A DNA stretch of 64,000 bases from Octopus vulgaris (taxonomy: Eukaryota), in NCBI GenBank assembly GCA_951406725.2, contig OX597816.1, forward strand, positions 180,296,001-180,360,000, given 5' to 3'. The position numbers and the translations under genes were made by a program. Under the pieces are notes generated by a model. It was not told the DNA's origin. It searched no databases and saw only the letters and a program-made list of their open reading frames with translations. Each line of letters starts with the position of its first letter. Position 1 is the stretch's first letter. Positions 40,378-54,434 of the stretch are shown piece after piece.

Positions 40378-42128
40378 AATTTATACTTAAATATAAGAGA
40401 GTTACCGCTAAGTGGTTAACTCTAGTGCTAAAAATAGCTCCTTTTTCTGGTATAGCCACTAAAAGTTGTTTCCAATAAGAAATAACATTACATTCAATGT
40501 TAGGAAAGTGAAATACAACAAAAAAATAGATTTACGCCGAACAATTGTTTTATTATTAATATAATATGCAATTTTACTCACATATTTATCTATAAATCAT
40601 CAGCGGCGGTTTGTCTTCGATACAATTTACTTGACCCTCACGAGCGTCAAATACCCATGCGGTTTAATCGATTGCATACATAGTTGTGATTCAGATTCCC
40701 CGCCAAAAGTAGAAAATGGAAAATGGAAACGAATACTGCATATAATATTTACTGCAGCATCATTAAATTTATAAATTCATAAATGAGGGTGAAAAATTAG
40801 ATATTAATTTAATAATGCCATCATTTTAACACCAAGTGGCTTAGCGTGTTTCTCCTTAATGCAACCTACTTTACAGAGTGTACTACGTGCTTTTTACATG
40901 GCATCAGCATTAGTGAAGTTCACTTTTAACTGGAAAACCTAATGAACTTTTATCATTGAAAGAAGAATGAGAGAGAGAGAGAGAATGAGTGATGATTTAA
41001 GTCAAGGTGTCTAGATGGTGAAGATGAGAAGAACAGGTTTATTGTTGTGCAAGAAGCAGAGTAGATAATGTTGGGCAGAGGAAGGAGAGGTCTAATGTCA
41101 AGCTTTAATGGGCAAGGAAGTGGGGTCTAGAATAGGAGAGTGTTGGGGAGAGTTGAATAAGAGAGGTCCACTGCTATCTCATGTTATATATAAGGGTGAA
41201 TATAAGCAGAAGGTGAGAAAAGAGAGCATGCTACCCTCTTAGATAGGTTAGAGAACCAGATTTCTCGTGGGTTTTTTTTTGCATAGTTTCTATGGCTAAA
41301 TGCCCTTCCTATAATGCCAGTTTAAAGATAAACTAGGAACATTTTATTATGGCACCAGAGCTTCTCATTCATCTTGGAGTAATAAATTATTACCAGTAAT
41401 GTATCAAGGTTAATCTAATTAGTTATACTCCTACCCAAAAAAGTGTAGCTATACCAGAAATCCTCAGTCATGCTAATCATAATATATATCGTTGCTATTA
41501 TGTTAAATTGGTATATGTCCAAATTTGGCCAAATGTGTCTTTTTCAATATTTAATTTGGCTTGCAATAGCCGGTTCTTTTGGTCAAACTATCATATCTCC
41601 AGCTGCTTCAGATGAAAATTGTCAAAGTGTAGTATAACAGTTTAGCATTTTTCAAAGTCTCACTTGCAAAAATGTTTCGGACTGAAAATCTCATACATGC
41701 AAGGAGTTCTGATTTTATGCACCCAACAAAGTATTATTGTTGAGCTGAATCTGTTGATAATGTAAAAAGAAATGGAATGGTGAAACTATTTTTTCGTTTT
41801 CTGAAAAAGCAACATTTTGGACTTACTACACTTTTGCATAATAGCAACAATATGTAATCATCTTTGTTGAAGCTAATTACTTTTCGTTGTATCATTGCTT
41901 TTAAAATATAAAATATCAACGTATCCTCAGCTGCTGAAAGATGAAGCATCATGTAGAAGAGTCTAAATAGTTATGAATTAAACTATGTATAAAACTGATG
42001 TTTATAATGGACTTATCCTGTATGACAAAGTAAAAAACTTATATGCAATATATTGTAGGTAAATATACAAATTTATTAAAAAATCTGCCTTATCATCCCC
42101 CAGCTAACTATTAGTTTATATACATATG

Positions 42129-42184
<56 letters not shown>

Positions 42185-42523
42185 ATGTATGTGTGTGTGT
42201 ATATACAAAATATTTAGAGGCTGGAAATAGGAATGATGGGATAGTCAGTTATGACTACAAAATTACTGATATCTATTGAAATAAACTAATTCTACAGTTT
42301 CTTTTAAATAATTTTCTCACATCACCTAATGAAGCTTTATATTTCACTTCTGTTGCTTTATCCTTTGTGCCCAGTGGGTTTTACTTAGAAATGACTCAGC
42401 TTAGAAATATAGGTTTTTAGTTTAAAAAACCATCTTGTATTGTATACCCATTTAAGAACAAAGTATCTGGTAATAATTTGATATCAACTTTATTGAAACA
42501 AAATATGGATGTAAATACATATA

Positions 42524-42739
42524 TTGGTTTCAAATTTTGGCACAAGGCCAGCAATTTTGGGGGAGTGGGAAAGTCGATTACATCGACCCCAGTGCTCTGC
42601 TGGTATTTATTTTATTGACCTCGAAAGGAGGAAAGTCAAAGTTGACCTCAGTGAAATTTGAACTCAGAACAGAAAGATGGATAAAATGTTACTAAGCATT
42701 TTGCCTGGTGTGCTAACCATTCTGACAGCCCACCGCTTT
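42524..42739 (-). mobile_element. SINE family B copy
   Basis: gtcgattacatcgaccccagtg...atttgaactcagaac as in 15736-15973. Confidence 0.85.
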
Positions 42740-43531
42740 GCAATGCAAATGTAATATTAAAAACAAGTTTCATTGCTTGGATTATTATGATCTTATAAAC
42801 TTATGTACAGCTAGATTGACTGTGCTAGAGAAAAGCAAGTGTTTAAGACATAGATTCATCTCAGTACCATTGATAGAGTATGAACCATCAACCTTCTGGA
42901 CTGTAGTTTAACATATGACTCATGTAGCTGTAATTTACATCTGATAAGTACCAAAAAAGTAAAAAGGAAACAAAAAAAAAGAAGGTAAAACCCTTTCTGA
43001 ATTCTTGATTATTTTGAAAACTAATTGAAACACAAAGGTAATCTATTCTTGTTATAAATCGGGTCAGAAGAGTCAGAAGAGTGGTTAACCTCCTGATTCG
43101 TTTCTTCAGTGAAGTTTGTTTTCTCAGGAAGGGAACAAGTCAACCTTTCTCCATCCATGACATGTAAATTAAAAACCCATTTCTGTGTTGTAAGGCTTAT
43201 TAACTTCTAGAGAAAGGTTAAATTCTACTTGCAATTTTAATTACTTCTGATTTCAGAAACAGAATCTTATCTTATTTTGACCAACTGATAAAAGGCAGCA
43301 AGCTGCCAGAACCACTGGCATGCTGGACAAAATGCTTTATGGATTCTTTATGCTTTGAGTTCAAGTTCCACTGTGGTTGACTTTGCCTTTTGTCCTTTCA
43401 GGGTCAATGCAATTAACTAGCCACTCCCTACCCACAAAGTATCAGGTGTTGTTCCTATAGAAGAAACGATTTTTTATTTTTTTATTTATATTTTTGGAAT
43501 GTTTTAAATAACTTGAATATCACACCATACT

Positions 43532-43870
43532 AGGCAAAGGCATGGCTGTGTGGTTAAGAAGCTCACTTTCCAACCACATAGTTTCAGGTTCAGTCCCACT
43601 GCGCAGAACCTTGGGCAAGTGTATTTTACTATAGCCCCAGGCTATAGGAAGGTGTAACCTCAGTGGTAGCCCATCGTGTGTGTGTGTATGTGTGTATTGT
43701 CCTTCTCACCCAAAAGTTGACAACCGGTGTTGGTTTGTTTACATGCCTGTAACTTAGCAGTTTAGCTAAAATGACCAATAGATTAAGAACCAAACTTAAA
43801 AGTATACTGGGGTCAATTTGAGCAACTAAACCTTTCAAAGTAAACTAAACCTTTCAGCATAGCCACAAAT
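43532..43870 (+). mobile_element. SINE family A copy
   Basis: aggcaaaggcatggctgtgtggttaagaag head plus tail. Confidence 0.8.
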
Positions 43871-44290
43871 CAGCATGTTATTCAAATTGTTTCACAACTT
43901 TTCAGATTTCTTGTTTATTCTTCCATTGAAAAATTACTTGCAGTAATGGCTTTCTATTCACACATTCTGGTCCCAAAGTCTTCTAAAGTATCTATGTCTG
44001 GTCATCAATTATTTATAGCTAATCTGAAATTATTGTATAGAAATCATTTTTGTAGTATTGACTACTTTTATCTTTTGAGTAATCAAGTTGTTTCTAACAA
44101 GAATCTTTGGGCTGTTTGCTTCTTTGGGAGTTTTTTCTCTTTTCATCTTCTATCATTGGGCCAGGTCTCTTGTTGGATGACCATTATCTTTCTGGGTCTG
44201 CTAGTCAGATCTCATTACACGTTTTCATTCCTCTTTCACCCTGCTGCCAATTCAATGGACTAATTTCTCTTTTATATATATATATACACA

Positions 44291-44324
<34 letters not shown>

Positions 44325-44415
44325 TATTTATAAATAGATAGATAAATATCTATATCTATCTATATATATATATATATATATACACATACATGTATGTATA
44401 TATACACACATCCGT

Positions 44416-44447
<32 letters not shown>

Positions 44448-44869
44448 ATGTGTGTGTGTACATACATACATACATACATACACATGCATGTTCTCTGTGT
44501 GTGTGTATGTGTGTGTGTATGTGTGTGTATACATGGTACAGTTGCAAGATGTTGGAAAAGTAGCAGGTGAAAAGTAAAATATCTTTTCCAGCTTTTTTGG
44601 CCTGTTTCCAGTCCGTGGCTCAACAACCCGTCCCCCCATCCCACTAATGCCACTATCATCACCATCATCACCATCTCTTTATCAGCAGCACTGCCAATAT
44701 CATCACACTTTTATTCAAGCTATTATCAGTCTCCTCACCAACATCGATATCATTATTTCATCACTCACCGAAAAACTTTTTTTTTTAAGAATTTAGATTA
44801 GAGGAAAGGACCTTTGAAGCTAGAGGGACTGTTTTATTTATCAACCATCTACTTTTTCATCTACTTTTT

Positions 44870-45345
44870 TCAGTCATTAGACTAAGGCCATGCTGGAGCA
44901 CTGCGTTAAAGGATTTTTAGTCAAATGAATCAATCTCAGTATTTATTTTTTTGTTTGTTTTTGCTTAGAAGCTTGGTACTTATCCTATCAATCTCTTTTG
45001 CCAAACCACTAAGTCATGGTGACGTAACCACAACATCTGTTGTCAAGCTGTGGTGAGGGACAAGACACATACATACAAGCACATATCTTTTGTCTTTTAT
45101 TGTTTCCTTGTTTCTGTCATTAGACTGTGGTAGCCATGCTGGGGCACTGCTTTGAAGAATTTTCAATTGAATTAATTGATCCCAGTACTTTGTTTTTAAG
45201 GCCTGTCACTTATTCTGTCATGCTCTTTCACTGAACCACTTAGTTACAGGGACATAAACACATCAATACCAGTTGTCTAGTAGTGGTGGTGGTGGTGGTG
45301 GGGAGGACAAAATTTACATGAAGACACACTCATACACACACACAC
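44870..45345 (-). mobile_element. Two adjacent SINE family A 3' halves
   Basis: Twice cagtcattagact..gccatgctgg.gcactgc. Confidence 0.75.
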
Positions 45346-45954
45346 ATTTTATTTTGTTTTTATATTTTGATTAATTTTTTAATAACATTTGGCAGTTAGT
45401 GGTTGTAAGAAATAAGTCATCAAATCAGGAATTCCAGAAGTCTGACATTCTGAGAATGAAAGATTTGGTGGGAAAAAGTAGTTAGTGTTGGAGATTTGGA
45501 TGTGGTGGGGTGGGTTTCAATATGACGGATGAATGGAGGCAATATAAATGATTCAGAGTTCCATCTCATGAATGGGGGTGGGACTATGTCTGTTACAATT
45601 CCACTCTGCTCTTGAGGTCTCTATTCCAAGAGGCAGAGGTCACAATACTAATAATCAAGGAGGAAAAGTGAAGAGACGGTACTTCTGTAAGCTTGGGGCT
45701 GGAGTGTGCCATTGAGCAACTTCATACTAATCAGGGGCTCAGTTTTTGAACATATCTGTATAAACCTTTCTACTGTAGGCACATGGCCTGAAATATTTGA
45801 GGGAGGGACTGGATATCAACCAACCCCAGTGCTGGTGCTTATTTATTTTATTGACCCTGCCAAAAGGATGATAGGCAAAGATGACTTCGACAGAATTCGA
45901 ACTCAGAGTGTAAAACTGGAAGAAATACCTCTACACATTTTCTCCAGTGTCATT

Positions 45955-46156
45955 TAGTCATTTACTAGTTTCAGGCATTTGACTGCGGCCATGCTGGAGC
46001 ACCATCTTTAGTCAAACAAATTATTTTTTGTAAGCCTAATACTTATTCTATCAGTCTCTTTTGCTGAACTGCTAAGTTATGGGGACGTAAACACACCAGC
46101 GTTGGTTGTGAAGTGATGGTGGAGGGACAAGCACAGAGACACTCAAATATATACAT

Positions 46157-46205
<49 letters not shown>

Positions 46206-46583
46206 ATCCAAACAAGAAAACATAAAAAAAACCCCAAAAAAACACAACAGCGCAAGGACATGGAACAAATAAAGTATTATTGGACGCTCGGGAAAGAAGG
46301 GAAGAAGGAGGGTTTAACGTTTCGAGCGGAGCTCTTTGTCGGAAACATAGGAGAAGGAAAGATCCCGAGAAGGGAAGACAGAGAAAAAAAATCGCCAGCG
46401 GTACTCACGAGGTCACATACACATATATATATTAGCGTTAGGAAGGGCATCCAGCCGTAGAAACATTGCCAGATCAGACTGGGCCTGGTGCAGCCTTCTG
46501 GCTTCCCAGACCCCAGTTGAACCATCCAACCCATGCTAGCATGGAAAGTGGACACTAAATGATGATGATGATGATGATGATGA

Positions 46584-46624
<41 letters not shown>

Positions 46625-46773
46625 GTTTCTTTCAATTTTCGTCTACCAAATCCACTCACAAGGCTTTGGTCAGCCCGAGGCTATATTAGAAAACAAAGTG
46701 CCATGCAGTGGAACTGAACCTGGAACTATGTGGTTGGGAAGCAAGCTTCTTACCACACAGCCACTCCTGCACC
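45955..46773 (-). mobile_element. SINE family A interrupted in its TA linker by a Penelope-like fragment and an RTE tail
   Basis: Tail 45955-46145, head 46620-46773; nested inserts at 46201-46418 and 46432-46590. Confidence 0.8.
46201..46418 (-). mobile_element. Penelope-like fragment with variant hammerhead core
   Basis: Minus strand GTTT-CCGACAA-A-GAGC-tcc-GCTC-GAAA-CG-TT-AAAC around 46312-46346. Confidence 0.6.
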
Positions 46774-46805
46774 TATTGTGCTAACAATTCTGCGTGCTCA
46801 TCACC

Positions 46806-47032
46806 TTAACTCTTTAGCATTTAATCTGGCCATATCTGACCAGAATATTCTACCTGTTTTCTGTTCAAACCAGCCAGATCTGGTCTCTCACACCTACCTT
46901 GCAATGTCATTCTGAAAAGAAACAATCACATTATTAAAATCGTGAAGCTGTGAGATAATGAATGATTAAGTCACAGCGATATGAATTAATAAGCAATATA
47001 TTTGACAGAATCCTATGAATACTAAGGGTTCA
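46806..47032. mobile_element. piggyBac-like MITE
   Basis: TTAA-ctctttagcatt ... aatactaaggg-TTCA: imperfect TIRs with a TTAA-like target site. Confidence 0.65.
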
Positions 47033-47347
47033 GGTGTCTCTATAATAGCAGCCCTCTCTCCAGATAAGGAACAGCGTCTCACTGTTGTGCTTTGTAAGTA
47101 ATTGTTGGATGTTGTAGTGTTCAGTCTCCTAGCAATAGCTTGACGAAACAGCAGTGGGAGATTAGATTTAATTTGTCTCCCGTAAGGAATTATTAACCAA
47201 ATATTTTTACTAGTATTCATAGCAATTCTGAGCTATTTTTCATTATTTTTTTCTAAAAATACTCTAGTAAACACGGTTATAGAACGAGCATACAGATGTA
47301 AGCATTGGCAGAAACATACTTTTAGTGCATATAAGTAGTCTCTATCA

Positions 47348-48470
47348 TCTCTCTCTATATAAACGGCAGTTTGTCTGTGTGTGTTTCTGTGTGTCTGTTT
47401 GGTTGTACCCCCACTCTGACCACGGCTTTCAACCGATTCTGATGAAACTTGACACACACATAGCCCAATGTCATAATTCAAAATTAACGCAGCGAAAATT
47501 TTGAAAAGTTCCCCCAGTTCTGAAAAAAAATTGATAAATTCGACATGGGGTCGAGAATCAGAAACACAAACCACAGACTGTCTAGGGGACGCAACTCGGC
47601 GTCATTTTTGACAGCACGAGTTCAGCTACTGTTTAAATAATGAATAACAAACCGCAACTTGACACATCTGTAAAGTATTTGATAACAAATGATGTGTGTG
47701 TGTGTGTGTTTGTGTGTGTTGACCAGAAAATACAGCGTCCTTGCTACCATATTTCGTAACGAGTGACATGTTGAGCGAAAATTTGTAACGAATGACATTT
47801 TTAATGCAAATAACGTTTCTTGACTTTCATATTTTTAAGAAAATCTTTATATATAAAAGACAAGTTGTGTGTCTGTCTCCTACGATTTAGATTCCTAACT
47901 ACTCCCACATTTTGCGGTGCAGTTTAACCAAAACAGGGTATCTTATAGTCGTGATTCATATCGATCCCTTCTGGGTATTAGCGCGCGTCTACGATGAGTC
48001 TCTATCATTATATATAGTTTAAACTTTAATTTCCTTTATATTTAACATTCACTATTAATATCCCTACTCTTTCTGTTAGCTACTTATGACGTTATATCAT
48101 ATAACGTTTTTTTAAACAATATTAATAGCGTTCTGTCTATCGCTATATGAATCCATCATTTTTTGTTAAAATGTCGTATTGACGAGTTTCGTTTTTTCAC
48201 TTTCCCGAAGAGAAGATTGCATTGTTTATACCTTTTATTCTTTTGAATAAGTATCAGTGGAATTTTCGAAACATATGTAGAAAGTAAAAATACTTGTTTA
48301 AACCTGCATTAACTCCATTTTTTATTCATATTATTCAAAATATTCAACGTAAACACGAAGTTTCAACCTTTATAAACAAGGAGTTACAACATCTTTACTT
48401 GTGAGATTTTTGCTGCCCTGGTAACTATTTATTTATTTTTCCGTGTTAATTGTTAACAAGGTAAAATACA
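47348..48470 (+). mobile_element. Helitron-like 5' region with a nested Helitron C 5' fragment (47844-48003)
   Basis: a|TCtctctctatataaacggcagtttgtctgtgtg start; 47844 onward matches 29165 onward; no 3' CTAG hairpin seen and the right boundary is uncertain. Confidence 0.6.
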
Positions 48471-48522
48471 CTCATCTATTTATATATATATATATATATG
48501 CATATAGATATGAATGTAAACA

Positions 48523-49342
48523 GATGGATGAGAGAAAAGTTGGACCCAAGAAGCTTCCGATGTGGTGTGCAAGAGAGTCAACTACACTAGTATGGTCATC
48601 TGGCAAGTATGGATGAGGGTAGCTGTGTGAAAAAATGCCACACCCTAGCGGTTGAGGGAACCTGTGGAAGAGATAGACCCAGGAAGACCTGGGATGAGGT
48701 GGTGAAGCACAACCTTTGGACATTAGGCCTCACAGCAGCAATTACTAGTGACTAAGACCTTTGAAAATATGCAGTGTGTGAGAAGACCTGGCAAGCCAAG
48801 TGAGACCATAACCCGTGGCCTATGACAGGGGTGTAACCAGCCCACTTATGCGTGTCTTTCCTTCATTGGATGCTAAACTCTGCTTGTGAAGACCTGTTGA
48901 GGCAAGTGAAATCGAAATCGAATTAAATTCAATAACTGGCACCTTTGCCAGTGGAGCGCTAAGAGCACTATCTGAGCGTGATTGTTGCCAGAGCAGCTGA
49001 GGGACTTCCGTGCCGGTGGCACGTAAAAATGCTGGTGACACGTGAAAAACATTTGAGCGAGGTCATTGCCATTGCTGCTGAACTGGCTCCTGTGCAGGTG
49101 GCACGTAAAAAATACCATTTGAGCATGGCCGTTCCCAGTACTGCCTAACTGGCCTTTGTGCCAGTGGCACATAAAAGCACCCACTACACTCTTGGAGTGG
49201 TTGGCATTAGGAAGGGCATCCAGCTGTAGAAATACTGCCAGATCAGATTGGAGCCTGGTGCAGCCATCTGGTTTGCCAGTCAAAATCGTCCAACCCATGC
49301 CACTAGGGAAAACGGACGTTAAGCGATGATGATGATGATGAT
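48523..49342 (+). mobile_element. RTE-type LINE 3' fragment
   Basis: Homologous to the reverse complement of 35626-36600 (gaacctgtggaagag..agacccaggaagac.tgggatgaggtgg); (GAT)n tail. Confidence 0.9.
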
Positions 49343-49532
49343 GTGTTACATTTCATGATTGATGTGATGTGACTCAAATTTATTAGGTTATATATATATG
49401 TGTGTGTGTGTGTATGTGTGTGTGTATAAACATATATACATACATGTGTGTGTGTATGTATGTATATACGTACATATGATGATGTGTGTGTCTGTTGATA
49501 GAAAGACAGGCAGTCAGATAATATATACTGCG

Positions 49533-49857
49533 GTGCAGGTGTGGCTGTGTGATAAGAAGTTTGTTTCCCAACTTCACTCCCACTGGGTGGCACCTTGAGC
49601 AGATGTCTTCTATCCTGACCCAACCAAATCCTTTCTTTTGTAAATTTGGTAGACAGGACCTTAAAGAAGCGTATATGTGTGTGTGTGTGTGTGTCTTTGT
49701 GTTTGTCCTCTCTACCACCGTTTGGCAACCAGTACTAGTTTATTTGCATCCCTATAACTTAGCAGTTTGGTGAAAGAGACCAATAGAAAAAATACCAGGC
49801 TTATTCCTTTGACTAAAACCTTTCAAGGTGGTGCCCTAGATTTCCTGCAGTCCATTG
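49533..49857 (+). mobile_element. SINE family A copy
   Basis: Family A head and tail. Confidence 0.75.
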
Positions 49858-49987
49858 GCATATATATAAATATATATAAATTCATAAAGAAGGATAATAT
49901 CGATATTTAAATATCGATCTTATCAAGTGGCCAGCATGGGAATAAATACCATACAAGGGTAATAATTTTTTTTACAACTATAAATAA

Positions 49988-50179
49988 GGGTATCTGAGAG
50001 ACACCACCATGCTTTTGAAGCAAAGCTAGAAATCCAGGATCTTGAATTTTCCAGTAATATTTTTTGCTAGTTTATTTTTTGTCTCTCTGTCTTATCTCAT
50101 GGTGCGATATGAACATTTAACGTGGTTCTTAGAGTCAGGGTTTGACTGCTTTTTCGGCATGGTGGTGTCTCACAGATAC

Positions 50180-50181
<2 letters not shown>
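49988..50181. repeat. 25-bp inverted repeat with hammerhead-like remnant (Penelope-like)
   Basis: gggtatctgagagacaccaccatgc (49988-50012) versus gcatggtggtgtctcacagataccc (50157-50181). Confidence 0.7.
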
Positions 50182-50239
<58 letters not shown>

Positions 50240-50269
50240 GTGTGCATGTGTGTCTATATAAATATATAT

Positions 50270-50920
50270 CATTATCATCATCATTGTTTAACATCCATTT
50301 TCCATACTAGCATGGGTTGGACAGTTTGACTGAGGACTGGTGAGCTGGGAGGCCACACCAGGCTCCAATCTGATTTAGAAAAGGTTTCTACAGGTGGATG
50401 CCTTTCCTAGCACCAACTACTCCAAGAGTGTAGTGGTTACTTTTTATGTGCCATCAGCACAGGAGCCAGTCAGGCAGAACTTGCATTGGCCACACTCAAA
50501 TGGTGCTCTTTATGTTCCACTGGCACAAGAACCAGTCAGGTAGTACTGGCATTGCCACAACTACAATTTCACTTGGTTCAACAGGTCTTCACAAGCATGG
50601 CATATTGCCTGATGATTGAAGGGTATTTTTAAATAGGCTGGTTATGCAACACTGGCATCATCCATGGCTACAATCTCACTTGGCTTGCCAGGTCTTCTCA
50701 GGTACAGCATATCTCCAAAGGTCTCGGTCACTTGATATTACCTCTGTGAGACCCAACGTTCAAAGGTCATGCTTCACCACCTCATTCTATGTCTTCATAG
50801 GTCTACCTCTTCCACAGGTTTCCTCCGTTGTTAGGGTGTGATACTTCACACAGCTGTCCTCATCTATATGCAACACATTACCATATCAGCACTGTCATCT
50901 CTCTTGCACACCACATCTGT
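50270..50920 (-). mobile_element. RTE-type LINE 3' fragment
   Basis: Collinear with 35626-36560. Confidence 0.88.
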
Positions 50921-53049
50921 ACATATATACATACATACACACACACACATATATATATATATACACACAGACACACACAGTTACACATATTGTCAAGTGT
51001 GTATGTGTATTTATAAACTGTAAATAAGTGTATGTGTTGCTTTAGATCACTAAACAGTCCTTTAGTATCTGAGAGAAGCCAGATTAGTGACAAGTTAATG
51101 AGGCAGTATGTTGAGGTTGTTGTTTGTCAGGGAAATTAACTTGGAGCAAGTTAGCAGCTATGATAATGATACTTCATTATCGCAGGAAACAATACACAAA
51201 AATAAATAATGACCAAGAGAATAGTGCTAATATATAATTTGTTGTCACTGATAGTAGGAATTACTGGATTGTCCAGGCAAGAGATGATTAGTCAGGTTGT
51301 CAGAAAGAAGATAATGAAAAGATTAAATTAACCTCGAGTTGCTGTGAAAAGTCTATTTTTTATTAAAGCTGCTTCACATTGACAAAACAAAATTTTGAGA
51401 GCTTTTGCTTTACAACACAGGGGATGTAGTTATAAGATGTATTAAAGGAGGACTGAACACATACATGCACGCATGCTCATGCATGTATGCACATTCGTAT
51501 TTCTAGATGTATTACTGAAGCAGTTGCATCATCAAATTAGCAGTGATGGCAATTGCGAATCTCTGTCTCCCCCTCTTGCAATGCTCATTATCGTTATCAC
51601 TTATCTATCATTACCTTTCTTTTTGGATATGGTTTTGACGTGCAGCAGATAAATGCGTGTATTTACCATTAGATAATATATGTGTGCTATCATAGTTTGC
51701 AACAGGAATGGTTGATCAAAGCTGAGGATCAATCATAAATTCTTCCTTTCTCTCAATTTCCTGTAATTCAGATTGCCTCATGGTCCCAGCAGACAAAATA
51801 GAAAAAAGTGTTGCCCTGGAGGATGGTGAGGGAGATCTGTTGCAACAGCCACACTGACTCATGGGTTTCCCTCCCTCTCTATCCCTCTTTCTCTCTCTCT
51901 CCCCCTCTCTCTCTGCTGTTTCATCCTCTGCAGATGTACTATGGTAGAAAAAGTGCAGGATTTCCTTTGCCTACCAATGACATGAACCACCATTTAGCAG
52001 AGATCAACTCACTGCACAAAAGCATTGAGTTGACTTTGTGTTCTGGGCTGGACAACGGCAATTTCTTTGAAACTGCATCATCTCCATCGCATCATCATTA
52101 TCATCACCATTGTCATCCTCAGTGCTGGACTGGGTCTAAAAATATTGTTTGCCAGAAGACTAAGAGGCCCCACCCACAACTACGATGCTATCATTTAATT
52201 TTTTTTTTTTTTTTGCGTTAAAAGTATTCTTTTCAACTGTCTACAAACACAGCCAGGCTGAAATAATTAATGCATTCTTCCAGGAGTGAATAAAAAATTC
52301 TCAAACTTGAGGGATGGACCCCTTAGATACTAACATGGGCCCCCATATATGGATTCTAATGGTGCAGGGGTCCACTTACCATCGGGCAAGCTGGCAACCT
52401 GGCCAGTCCACCACTGGTTGTCATGATTGTCATGTGTCTCTGCTAAATTATTTTCTCTCCTTCAACCTCGAGTCTTTCTCACAGTTTTTATTACTCTCTT
52501 TCTCCAGTCTGCTCTGATGTCATGTTACAATGGTGCACACTGCTAAGTCAGACGAGCAGCTTCTAGAATGCCAAACAATCCAATAATACTAATAAGTTTA
52601 GAAGCATCCATAGTACAAAAATCAATAGATATTTTTCTAGTAAACTGATCAATAACATCATGAAATTGTATATGCATTTATTCATCAGTTTTTAAAATTT
52701 ATTTTTTCCATCAGTACTTCAAAAGCTTTTTCATAATGGCATCAGTTTGGTGGGTCTGTTTGACCAGTTCATTTCATTTGCTTGCATTATCTAGAATAAC
52801 ACCAATTTCGTGTGGGCTATTTTTATTTGCATTCAAAATAAACACACAACGGAGCACTCAGCTGGAATTTGAGAGGCACAAGGTTCACTTCTCCGTAGAG
52901 GCTTGCTGGTTACATTTTATAGGCACAGGTGTGCCTGTGCAGTAAGAAGTTTGCTTCCTAACCACATGGTTCTGGGTTCAGTCACACTGCATGGCACCTT
53001 GGGCAAGTGTCATCTACTGTAGCCTCAGGCTGACCAAAGCCTTGTGAGT

Positions 53050-53620
53050 CGATGGCTTTGTGTCAGGTGTTGAGAGGCTAAAGTATTAGAATGGGTCAGG
53101 GACCAGTCCTGCATGTATCAGTGCACATTCTTGTTGTTGTGAGAATTACTCCAATTGAAATTCAATGTTGCAATCCCAGTTAAAATCATTCCACCACTTT
53201 CTTAGGGTTGTTCCATTGGTCCAATATATTTAGATTAGAGAGGTTAGCTGTGCAATGGAACAAATGTGGGTCATTATATGGAATGCCATTGCAACTTGGA
53301 CATATGTTCACAATTTCTGGATCTGTTTCACTACAACAGTCATTGCTTGAGATTTTCTTGAAATTTCTTAATAGAGTTACCTTCATTTTTCATTTGTAAT
53401 CTAAGTTTGAAGATCTTCATGGATATAGGTGACTTCTGTTGTAACATTGGACTATGTATTGTGAGACAAAAAGATTATGAGTGTGCTTATACTCTGAGCA
53501 TTTTTGTCTCTTAAAATAGATGGTTTTCAGCTGCCATTTTGTGACGACGACCTGTAGCTATTGAAGAGCTGTGTTTTGTGTAACTTGTATTCTTGTTTGT
53601 ACTTTTGCTATCATCCTCAA
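53050..53620 (-). mobile_element. Decayed I-group-like LINE ORF2 C-terminus (CCHC knuckle)
   Basis: ORF 53186-53386 ICPSCNGIPYNDPHLFHCTAN...LDQWNNP is a C-x2-C-x8-H-x3-C knuckle followed by a DLW.xP-like motif. Confidence 0.6.
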
Positions 53621-54434
53621 TGGCCACTTGCTCTCTCAATTTTCATCTACTTTGCTTTTCATGCTAGTTAACATTTGATACAAATAATGCTGACAGCTCC
53701 TTTTTTCCTTAATACACTGCTATAACTGTGTTGTTATAGTGACATAAGATTTTTGTGTTTAGTATTAAAATACTTCCATAATATACATATATCGTATTGT
53801 GATGGTGTTGTTATATCATTGCCTGTGTTAATAAAATAATATTGGTGTAAGAAGTGACACAAAGTATGCATAAAATTTAGGATTAGACATATTTAGTAAA
53901 GAACTTCTTATTAATTAACTTGATATAGTCTAGGACAAGAGTGCTTATAGAAGATCTATATCCCAACTATGAGATTAGCTCTCAATAACAGTTCAGTGTA
54001 AGACCTGTAGAGAATCATTACTTCCGACTCTTTCTGGAGGTATGGCAAGGAGCCTAATCCTGCTGTCACATAAATGACCTTCCAACAGAAACAATCAGGG
54101 TATGACCACAGTCTATAAGAAATTCACTTAGCCATAATCTTTATGCTCTCCAATGCCGTTGACTGTTCACCAATACATAAAGCTGTTCTTGAAAAGGAAG
54201 GCATAAAAAAAATCATCAAATTTGTCCAAACATCCCATATACATCCTAGTGTTTCTGAAAATTTTAAAACTGCCAGAATGTACTGCGACCAGTCAAAAAT
54301 TTAGGACAACTCATATGCCACCTCCCTATGTATAAAACCGAATCACTTCAGAGTCTAACTTTTAAAAGAAAATGACAGAAAGAGGTGATGCGTTGATATA
54401 TATATATATATATAATAAAGTCAGCAACTGGGTA

